Below are positions 54,116 to 61,282 of a DNA stretch of 64,000 nt, piece after piece. How positions within the stretch are numbered: the stretch's first letter is position 1; every line of letters begins with the position of its first letter. A program made the position numbers and the translations under genes. This stretch comes from Thioalkalivibrio sp. (GTDB lineage Bacteria; Pseudomonadota; Gammaproteobacteria; Ectothiorhodospirales; Ectothiorhodospiraceae), in NCBI GenBank assembly GCA_007116035.1, contig SKJG01000076.1, positions 72,855 to 136,854 of the forward strand. The letters are read 5' to 3'. A model generated the notes under the pieces. That model was not told the DNA's origin. It did no database searches and saw nothing but the letters and a program-made list of their open reading frames with translations.

Positions 54116-54937
54116 TCAGTCCGCCCAATCCACGCGGACGTGGATCTCGGTCTCCCCGGCGCCCTGATCCCGGCGCGTGCCCAGCACGCGACGCTCGGTC
54201 GAATCGCGTCGGTGCTCGACACCGGCGATCCGGATCCATTCGCCGATGCCACCGGAAAGCACGGTGTCGACGCGCTGGAAGTCGATACGGCCACCACCGC
54301 TGCGGCTCTCACGCTCGTCCACCTGCTGGATATCGATCCGCACCCGGCCATCCGGGGTGGCCCACGGGCGCACGAGGAATCCACGCTCCAGGTCGCGGTA
54401 GTCGATCTCCGGCCCGACCACGGCACCGGGAAGAACGATGCCGCCGTGGCGCAGGACGGGGATGGACTCACCCGCATGGATGAAGGCCGCTTGCCCCTCG
54501 AGTACGCGCAGAGTCTGAACGCCGCTGTCGCGGTCGTTGGTCTGGCGGCGGATGATCCGGCTCCCCGACCCGTCGCCCACGGCCACGTCGCCGATGCGTC
54601 CCTGCAGTTGCGCCTCGCGCTCGCGGGTCGTTTCGGTACCGCCGCGCCGGACACTGACCACCAGATTCCTGGGAACCGTATCGACCGTGCTGAGTACGTC
54701 ACGCAGCTGGCTCAGTGTCGCCGGGGCCACACGGACGATCAGCCGAAACCCCGTCCCCGTAACGACATCATCGGGACCCAGCAGGGGTTCGATCAGCGGG
54801 ATGATCTCCGCAGCGGGCCGGTTCTGGAGATCGATGATCTCGATCGATTGCTGCGCAGCGCCCTGTGTCGCGGGAAGGCACAGGAACAGGATCAATAGGA
54901 GCCAGCAGGACAGATTCTTCATGGGCGCGGACATCAC
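54116..54937 (-). CDS. Minimal secretin-like protein (signal peptide + Secretin_N-like domain + secretin-core-like domain)
   Basis: 273 aa, or 268 aa from the alternative ATG at 54922. The signal peptide is MKNLSCWLLLILFLCLPATQGAAQ. IEIIDLQNRPAAEIIPLIEPLL..FRLIVRVAPATLSQLRDVLSTVD resembles a secretin N (NolW-like) domain. QTLRVLEGQAAFIHAGESIPV..IDYRDLERGFLVRPWATPDGRVRIDIQQ..DTVLSGGIGEWIRIAGV resembles the secretin core. Confidence 0.65.
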   Translation of the reverse strand: MMSAPMKNLSCWLLLILFLCLPATQGAAQQSIEIIDLQNRPAAEIIPLIEPLLGPDDVVTGTGFRLIVRVAPATLSQLRDVLSTVDTVPRNLVVSVRRGGTETTREREAQLQGRIGDVAVGDGSGSRIIRRQTNDRDSGVQTLRVLEGQAAFIHAGESIPVLRHGGIVLPGAVVGPEIDYRDLERGFLVRPWATPDGRVRIDIQQVDERESRSGGGRIDFQRVDTVLSGGIGEWIRIAGVEHRRDSTERRVLGTRRDQGAGETEIHVRVDWAD

Positions 54938-54987
54938 GGTTCAGGTTCCAGAGGCACCACCGGTCGAGACGGCGCTGAGATGCACAA

Positions 54988-55110
54988 TAACGCAACGCAA
55001 AAAAATAGCCACGGAAGAACACGGACATCACGGAATATGACCGGTATTCAAGCTCTTTTCCGTGTGTTTCTGTGTTCTTCCGTGGCGCGCTTTTTCATCG
55101 TCAGAGGTCG
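54988..55110. repeat. CACGGA-hexamer palindromic element, copy 2 (MITE-like)
   Basis: The 77-nt core lies at 55009-55085. Its left 27 nt are identical to copy 1. CACGGA occurs three times in the left arm, and TCCGTG/TCTGTG three times in the right arm, at 9-10 bp spacing. Located between the divergent secretin-like operon and the fliK-like gene. Confidence 0.75.
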
Positions 55111-55240
55111 TCGCGGTACGTTATTTAGACCGGCAAAAAGAAGGGGAATTCAGGCCACCACCGTATCCATGCCCGCCTTGCCTTCGCGATGTACGCCGGC
55201 AGGTAGTACGATGGAACGTCTTCGGCCCGTCGGGTGACGC

Positions 55241-56584
55241 ATGCAGATACCGCCCCCCGCCCTGAAGGCCACCCTGGCCAGCCCCAGCCCGCGGGCGCCG
55301 GATTGGCAAGCGGGGCAGCGATTGGAGGCCCAGGTAGTCCGCGGCAGCGCTACCGGGGAACAGACTCGGGTCCGGATCGGCGACCAGGAGCTGAGCATGC
55401 GCTTGCCGACGGCAATGCCTCCGGGCAGCCGTCTGAGCCTCGAGGTGGTGCGGGCGGGAGCGCAGCCGTTGCTGCGGCTGCTGGCTCAACCTCCCGTCCC
55501 GCAGCCGTCGGCAGGCCAAGTCGGGATCGGGCCTGGTACAGGGGCGCCTGCCGCACTGACCAGCCTGCTTCCGGCCCAGGGTAGTCAGGCGCCCCTGCTG
55601 GCCGCCCTGTGGTCGATGAGCCGCGACCCCGGGGCCACAATGGCCCTGCCGGGATCAGTACAGGCGGCCATCAAGGATCTCTTCGGGCGCCTGCACACGG
55701 CGACGCAAGCGACGCGGCCGGAGGGTCTGCGCCAGGCGGTACTGGCATCGGGCATCTTCCACGAGGCCGCCCTCGCCGTCGGCCCCGCGGGTTCCGCCAC
55801 GACTGCTGGAGACCTGAAATCGGCCCTCCTCTCCCTGGCAACGCAGCTGCGCGCGCAGCACAGACCGGCGGGCCAGGGCCACGCCGCCGTGCAGACCAAG
55901 CCCGGCGGCGGCGTGGCCAGCGCAGATACCGCGCCGGCGCACCGACTCCCCACTCCGGCTACGTCCACCGCAGCCTCTTCCGCCCGCGCGCTGCCTCAGA
56001 CCGTCGTCCTCCCAAACTGGATCATCGGATCCGCTCGCGAGGCTGTCCCGCCGCGCGCTGGATCCCCCCCAACGCCGCAGGCGCGCCTGACCGCGGACCT
56101 CTCCACCCCGGGACCGCAGGCGCTGCTCGACGGGCTTCGCGCCAGCACCGACCAGGCCCTCGCCCGTCTCGCCCTGCACCAGTGGAGCGCCGTGGAAAAT
56201 GCCGAATCCGGACAGTTGCGATGGCTCCTGGAGTTGCCCCTGCGAAGCGGCGATGGTGTGGATCTGGTTCACCTTTTGATGGAGCGTGAGCGCGAACGCA
56301 GTGGCCCGGACCAGACCCCGGTCTGGCGGGTGGAGATGGCCCTCGACCTTCCTGGCGTCGGACCCGTGCACGTGCGCATCACGGTCTCCGGAGATCAGGT
56401 TGGGACCCACCTTTGGGTCGACGACGAGAACACGGTCGCCCGGGTCCGCAGGGAGTTGCCGAGACTCCGCGAGGCGCTGGAAGGCCGCCAGCTGGAGGTC
56501 AGGGACCTGGGCTGCGCCCCCGGCAAGCCTCCGGAGCAGCAGCCCCCGGTTCGGACCCGGCCCGTGTTGGACGATCGCGCATGA
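55241..56584 (+). CDS. Flagellar hook-length control protein FliK-like
   Basis: 447 aa, Pro/Ala/Gln-rich. The C-terminal WRVEMALDLPGVGPVHVRITVSGDQVGTHLWVDDENTVARVRRELPRLREALE matches the Flg_hook (FliK C-terminal) pattern. Confidence 0.65.
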   Translation: MQIPPPALKATLASPSPRAPDWQAGQRLEAQVVRGSATGEQTRVRIGDQELSMRLPTAMPPGSRLSLEVVRAGAQPLLRLLAQPPVPQPSAGQVGIGPGTGAPAALTSLLPAQGSQAPLLAALWSMSRDPGATMALPGSVQAAIKDLFGRLHTATQATRPEGLRQAVLASGIFHEAALAVGPAGSATTAGDLKSALLSLATQLRAQHRPAGQGHAAVQTKPGGGVASADTAPAHRLPTPATSTAASSARALPQTVVLPNWIIGSAREAVPPRAGSPPTPQARLTADLSTPGPQALLDGLRASTDQALARLALHQWSAVENAESGQLRWLLELPLRSGDGVDLVHLLMERERERSGPDQTPVWRVEMALDLPGVGPVHVRITVSGDQVGTHLWVDDENTVARVRRELPRLREALEGRQLEVRDLGCAPGKPPEQQPPVRTRPVLDDRA

Positions 56585-56862
56585 GCCGGGAGCCACGACG
56601 ACCACCGCGCAAGGCAGTGGCCCTGCATTACGGCGGCGAACGGGCGCCGCGCATCACCGCCAGCGGCAGCGGTCTGATCGCGGAACGCATCCTCGAGCTT
56701 GCCCGTGAACACGATGTCCCGGTGCACGACGATCCCCTGCTCACTGCAGCGCTGTCCCAGGTCCCGGTGGGGGATGAAATCCCCGAAAACCTCTACGTGG
56801 CAGTAGCCGAGGTCCTGGCCTTCGTCTATTTTCTCAGCGGCCGCAGGCCGGGCCAGGAATAG
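56581..56862 (+). CDS. FlhB C-terminal-domain-like small protein (EscU/YscU/HrcU family fragment type)
   Basis: 93 aa with an ATGA overlap on the upstream stop. The sequence AVALHYGGERAPRITASGSGLIAERILELAREHDVPVHDDPLLTAALSQVPVGDEIPENLYVAVAEVLAFV matches the FlhB-CTD fold family that lacks the NPTH autocleavage site. Confidence 0.75.
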   Translation: MSREPRRPPRKAVALHYGGERAPRITASGSGLIAERILELAREHDVPVHDDPLLTAALSQVPVGDEIPENLYVAVAEVLAFVYFLSGRRPGQE

Positions 56863-56876
56863 GACGCGGCCCCGGG

Positions 56877-57281
56877 TCAACCCCCGGTATCGCTCGACGG
56901 CCGGTTCAGCGATAGCAGCAGGTCAGCCTCGCCGCGACTGAGGCCGCAATGCTTCACTAGGTCTTCCCGGCTGGCGCCCTGCGCAGCCAGGCGCAACGCG
57001 TGGTGGTAGGGGCCGGTCTCCGGGTCACGCATCAGCAATTGTTCCTGCTGATCGGTGAGCAGCCGCAGCCGCCGCTCCATCTCCACCTGCCGCTGATCGG
57101 TCACCATGTCGTCGGAGCAGATCGCGCTCAGTGCGCCCTTCAACGACATCAGCTCGGTTTCCTGGGTCTCCAGTCGGCGCTGCAGGTGCTGAACCCGGAT
57201 CCAGCTCACGGCAGCGAGGCCCAGCGCGCCCACCGCCACCAGGAAGACTGCCACCGTCAACAAGATCATCCAAGCGTTCAT
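56877..57281 (-). CDS. DUF2802-like flagellar-cluster protein
   Basis: 134 aa with an N-terminal TM segment (MNAWMILLTVAVFLVAVGALGLAAV), a coiled-coil and a C-terminal LAAQGASREDLVKHCGLSRGEADLLLSL helix-turn-helix-like tail. This is the typical last gene of Pseudomonas-type mot/che clusters. Confidence 0.7.
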   Translation of the reverse strand: MNAWMILLTVAVFLVAVGALGLAAVSWIRVQHLQRRLETQETELMSLKGALSAICSDDMVTDQRQVEMERRLRLLTDQQEQLLMRDPETGPYHHALRLAAQGASREDLVKHCGLSRGEADLLLSLNRPSSDTGG

Positions 57282-57538
57282 ACGTATTCGTCCACGTGAT
57301 GGCCCGCACGGTCGTCGCCGGGGGGGCACGGCCTTGGTTCACCGCCCCCGGGTTCAGCAGTCCCCTGATCGCCGGGCGGTCCGTCCCGCGCGCCACCGCG
57401 CTCTTTTCCAGCCGGGTCATGACGGTCATCACCACCGGGCGGCGGCCTCTGGCGCTTCCTCTCGTCACCCTCCTCCGGGACCCGGCGCCCGGGCCAGGAC
57501 GGGTGGACGGGACGAACCGGCTCGAGGTCAGCAGGCAT
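57278..57538 (-). CDS. Candidate small disordered Pro/Gly/Asp/Arg-rich protein (86 aa), translationally coupled to the DUF2802 gene
   Basis: ATG at 57538. Its TGA overlaps the DUF2802 ATG (ATGA). Third-position G/C content is only moderate and no homology is recognisable. Confidence 0.25.
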   Translation of the reverse strand: MPADLEPVRPVHPSWPGRRVPEEGDERKRQRPPPGGDDRHDPAGKERGGARDGPPGDQGTAEPGGGEPRPCPPGDDRAGHHVDEYV

Positions 57539-57745
57539 GATGCCGATCCCGCGGCCCGAGGCGCGGCTCAATGATGCGATTCCGAACCGGGTTCGACAAG
57601 CGCGCCACGGAAGAAACCCGCAGCGCAGCGTTCGCCCCCGGTTCGCTGAAAGCCCTCTTCGGCGCGTCCCTGAGCGGCCGCCACCAACGGCGCGCGACCG
57701 GGACGATCCTCGCGGGCTCCCTACCGCCCAACGATACCAAGGCAT

Positions 57746-58675
57746 TCACGGGCTGCGCCCCTGCTCTGCCGGCAACGCCCGGTCCCCATCGCTTTGCAGG
57801 GCTGCCGGATCCAGCCGGCGGTCCAATCGGGGAGCATGGTCGGCCAGAATCACAATGGTCACGCGCCGGTTCTGACGCCTGCCCTCGGGTGTCTCGTTGT
57901 CGGCGATGGGACGGTACTCTCCGAAACCGATGGCCGCCATCGTCGTGGGATCCAGGCCATTCTCGACCAGCCGTCGAAGCACGCTGCTGGCCCTGGCGGC
58001 GGACAGTTCCCAATTCGACGGGAACTGCGCCGTACTGATCGGAACATCGTCGGTAAAACCCTCCACATGCACCCGTACGGGAAGGTCTTTCAGGATTCCG
58101 GACAACTCGTCGAGCACCGGGCGTGCCTCGGGAAAGATTTCCGCGCCGCCACTCGCGAACAACAGACTGGTATTGATCTCCACCTCGACCCAGAAGCGTT
58201 CCCGTCGCATGCGGATCAGGTCGGCATCGATCAGGGGGGCCACGGCCCGCTGGATGAGGTCGGCAATCAAGCTCATGCCGCGCGCGGCCTCGCGCAACTC
58301 GTCGTCCCGAAGGCCTCCGTCACCGGACATTCCGACCGCATCCCGGTCGAAGGCATCGAAATCCCTGGGGTCCAGCAGAACCCTGGGTATCGGGACATCC
58401 ATGGGGATGATGGTTCCGGCGTCGCCGGCCGGCGATGTGTGCAGCGCGCGGGACAGGCTTCCCACCTGAATGGGCTCCGGCGCCATCGGTGTACCCCGGA
58501 AGGCGGCCGTCAGGGATTCCGACAATACTCGGAACTTGCCCTCGTTGACCGAGGACAGGGCATACATCACCACGAAGAAGGCGAGCAGGAGGGTGATCAG
58601 GTCGCCGTAGGGGATCGCCCAGGCCTCGTGGTTGGTATGTTCCTCTTGACGTTTCCTGCGTCTGGGCATGGGCAA
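57746..58675 (-). CDS. motD: Flagellar stator protein MotD/MotB (OmpA-like C-terminus)
   Basis: 309 aa containing WAIPYGDLITLLLAFFVVMYA (plug/TM with the conserved Asp). The C-terminal OmpA-like region includes GFTDDVPI..SNWELSAARA..NRRV. Confidence 0.9.
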   Translation of the reverse strand: MPMPRRRKRQEEHTNHEAWAIPYGDLITLLLAFFVVMYALSSVNEGKFRVLSESLTAAFRGTPMAPEPIQVGSLSRALHTSPAGDAGTIIPMDVPIPRVLLDPRDFDAFDRDAVGMSGDGGLRDDELREAARGMSLIADLIQRAVAPLIDADLIRMRRERFWVEVEINTSLLFASGGAEIFPEARPVLDELSGILKDLPVRVHVEGFTDDVPISTAQFPSNWELSAARASSVLRRLVENGLDPTTMAAIGFGEYRPIADNETPEGRRQNRRVTIVILADHAPRLDRRLDPAALQSDGDRALPAEQGRSP

Positions 58676-58728
58676 GCAAACCTATCGGCGGCTGATGCCG
58701 CCCTCATGGAAGATGGGCGGGCTTCCGG

Positions 58729-59469
58729 TCACAGAACGTAGCCCCGCAGTTTGGTCTCGATGTTCCGGGGGTTCTCCCCCTCGGCGATGGCCGTGATCCC
58801 GTCGATGATCATTTCCCGATAGGCGGTCTGGCCCTGGATGGTCATCTTCAGTTTGTTGCTCACCGGAAGAAAGAAAAGGTTCGCGGAGGCGATGCCGTAG
58901 ATGGTCGCCACGAAGGCCGCGGCAATGCCGGGGCCCAGCTTGTCGGGTTCGGCGAGGTTCTGCATCACGGCCATCAGGCCCATGACCGCACCGATGATGC
59001 CGAGTGTCGGCGCGTAGATGCCCATGCTCTCGAAGACCTTGGCCCCCTGGAGATCGAACTGCTCCTTGGTACCCAGATCGACCTCGAGGATGTTGCGGAT
59101 GGTCTCCGGCTCGGTCCCGTCCACCAGAAGCTGCAGACCCTTTTTCGAAAAGGTGTCGGTCTCCTGCTCGGCCAGCGTCTCGAGCCCCAGAAGCCCCTCC
59201 TTGCGCGCGATCTGGCTCCAGTTCACCAACTTGTCGATCGCCTCCTCGGTATCGATCCGGGGCGCGGCGAAGATCCAGGAGATGATGCGCATGCCGTGCA
59301 GGAACGCCTGCAGCTTGGCCTGCAGCAGTGCCGCGGCGACGGTGCCGACCACCACGATAACGAAGGCGGCGCCATTCCACAGCGCATCGATGCCACTGCC
59401 CTTGGCGATCGAGCCGCCCAGGATGGCGACCAGTGCGAGCAGCAGACCGACGATGCTAAGGATGTCCAT
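58729..59469 (-). CDS. motC: Flagellar stator protein MotC/MotA (PomA-like)
   Basis: 246 aa with four TM segments and the conserved APTLGIIGAVMGL and AFVATIYGIASANLFFLP motifs. Confidence 0.92.
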   Translation of the reverse strand: MDILSIVGLLLALVAILGGSIAKGSGIDALWNGAAFVIVVVGTVAAALLQAKLQAFLHGMRIISWIFAAPRIDTEEAIDKLVNWSQIARKEGLLGLETLAEQETDTFSKKGLQLLVDGTEPETIRNILEVDLGTKEQFDLQGAKVFESMGIYAPTLGIIGAVMGLMAVMQNLAEPDKLGPGIAAAFVATIYGIASANLFFLPVSNKLKMTIQGQTAYREMIIDGITAIAEGENPRNIETKLRGYVL

Positions 59470-59683
59470 GATCGCGTACCGTCACACCCGCGCGTGTCTT
59501 TCGCCGAAGTGCCACGGAGCGATCCGTGCCTCGGCCCCGAACTGCCTGATCTTCTTGTTCATCACTCACATCCTCGTGCAGGGGCGCCCGTCGCGTAGCC
59601 GGGTCGGACCCCATCCACCGCGGGCAGGGGCCCACCGTGTCGGGTGGCGGTGCGTTGGCTCGGCCGTTGGTCGGTCCGGGTCT

Positions 59684-60406
59684 TCACGCCTCGGCCACCC
59701 TGCCGGTCCAGTCGGTCATCCGCGCACGCAATCGCACCAGAGCCTGCCCGTGCAACTGGCAAACCCGGGACTCGCTGACGCCCAACACCTCACCGATCTC
59801 CCGCAGGTTCAACTCGTCATCGTAGTACAGCGACATCACCAGCTTTTCACGCTCTGGCAGGCGATCGATCTCACCGGCCAGCGCCTCCCTGAACCCCTCT
59901 TCCTGAAGGCGTTCCAGCGGGTCCGGTTCGCTGCCGGGCAAGCGGTTTTCCCCCTCCGACTCCGGCTCGAAGATGTCCTCGAAGCTCAGCACCCGGGAGG
60001 ATACGGCGTCGCTGACCATGCGCTGGTACTCGTCCAGCCCGACGTCCAGCTCGGCGGCCACTTCCTGGGGCTGCGCCTCCCGCCCTTCCCGATGTTCCAC
60101 GGCCCGCACCGCCTCGCTGACCCGTCGCGCGTTGCGATGCACCGAGCGGGGCGTCCAGTCGGAACGCCTGACCTCATCGAGCATTGCGCCGCGGATCCGG
60201 ATACCGGCGTAGGTCTCGAAACTGGCGCCCTGGCTGGCGTCGTACAGGCGGGCCGCCTCCAGCAGTCCGAGCACGCCAGCCTGGATCAGATCGTCGACCT
60301 GCACGTCCGCCGGCAGCCGCCCCAGCAGGTGATAGGCGATGCGCTTGACCAGCGGTACGTGCTTTTCCACCAGCCGGTTGCGGTCCAAGGTTTCAGTCGG
60401 ATACAT
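59684..60406 (-). CDS. fliA: Flagellar RNA polymerase sigma factor FliA (sigma28)
   Basis: 240 aa with region 2 (DLIQAGVLGLLEAARLYD) and region 4 (LNLREIGEVLGVSESRVCQLH). Confidence 0.95.
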   Translation of the reverse strand: MYPTETLDRNRLVEKHVPLVKRIAYHLLGRLPADVQVDDLIQAGVLGLLEAARLYDASQGASFETYAGIRIRGAMLDEVRRSDWTPRSVHRNARRVSEAVRAVEHREGREAQPQEVAAELDVGLDEYQRMVSDAVSSRVLSFEDIFEPESEGENRLPGSEPDPLERLQEEGFREALAGEIDRLPEREKLVMSLYYDDELNLREIGEVLGVSESRVCQLHGQALVRLRARMTDWTGRVAEA

Positions 60407-60408
60407 GG

Positions 60409-61257
60409 CTAGCCCGCAAACGCCGGCCGTTCCCGGTCACTGGCACCGGAACCCACCAGACGCTCCACAAAGAATTCGATCCTCCCACTGCTGCCACCCG
60501 GTATGGGCCATTTATCGGCCTGTCGTGCCAGTTCCTTGAATGCCTTGGCCGACGGGCTGCCGGGGTAGGCTTCGGTGACCGCCTTCTGGCGCTGCACCGC
60601 CTTGCGCAGATACTCGTCGTGCGGCACCGATCCCGCATGGTCCAGGGTCACGTCCAGGAAGCGGTCACAGACGGCGGTGAGCTTGCGGAACAAGGCTCTT
60701 CCCTCTTCCGGTCCGCGCACCATGTTGGCGAGCACCCGGATGCGGGAGATCCCGTGATCGCGGCTCAGGACCTTGATCAGGGCATAGGCGTCGGTAATGG
60801 ACGCCGGCTCATCGCAGACCACCACCAGCACCTCCTGCACCGCGCGGCAGAAGCTGATCACGCTGTCGTGAAGCCCGGCCGCCGTATCCACCACCAGCAC
60901 ATCCACGGGCTGGCGCATCTCGCTGAATGCCCGGATGATGCCGACATGCTGCGCCGGATCGAGGTCCGCCATGCGCGCCACGCCGGAGGCCGCCGGCACG
61001 ATGGAGATCCCTGCAGGACCCGGAATCAGCGTCTCCTCGAGGCCGATCTCGCCGTTCAGCACGTGAGAGAGGTTGCTCCGGGGCTGCAGCCCCAGCAGCA
61101 CGTCCACGTTGGCGAGTCCGAGGTCCGCGTCCATCAGCATCACCTGACGACCGCCCCGGGCCATGGCCACGGACAGGTTGACCGAGACGTTGGTCTTGCC
61201 AACCCCGCCCTTGCCACTGGCGACGCCGATCACCTGCACGGGTCGAAGGGCATTCAT
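60409..61257 (-). CDS. fleN: MinD-like ATPase FleN/FlhG (flagellar number regulator)
   Basis: Start MNALRPVQVIGVASGKGGVGKTNVS carries the deviant Walker A. The alternative ATG at 61296 would overlap flhF. Confidence 0.9.
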   Translation of the reverse strand: MNALRPVQVIGVASGKGGVGKTNVSVNLSVAMARGGRQVMLMDADLGLANVDVLLGLQPRSNLSHVLNGEIGLEETLIPGPAGISIVPAASGVARMADLDPAQHVGIIRAFSEMRQPVDVLVVDTAAGLHDSVISFCRAVQEVLVVVCDEPASITDAYALIKVLSRDHGISRIRVLANMVRGPEEGRALFRKLTAVCDRFLDVTLDHAGSVPHDEYLRKAVQRQKAVTEAYPGSPSAKAFKELARQADKWPIPGGSSGRIEFFVERLVGSGASDRERPAFAG

Positions 61258-61282
61258 GTGGCGAAGCCCGCTTGCTTGATCA

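Noticed and set aside
46703-55110. Considered whether the repeated CACGGA units could be a CRISPR array or its remnant
   Set aside because: Each locus has only a single palindromic copy. There are no direct repeats alternating with unique spacers, and no cas genes are in the window.
57539-57745. N-terminal extension of the gap ORF, whose ATG directly follows the motD stop in the same frame (possible readthrough product)
   Set aside because: The translation is Arg/Gly/Ser-rich junk (MPWYRWAVGSPRGSSRSRAVGGG...). The segment contains the repeat end fragment. There is no evidence for programmed readthrough of the TGA.
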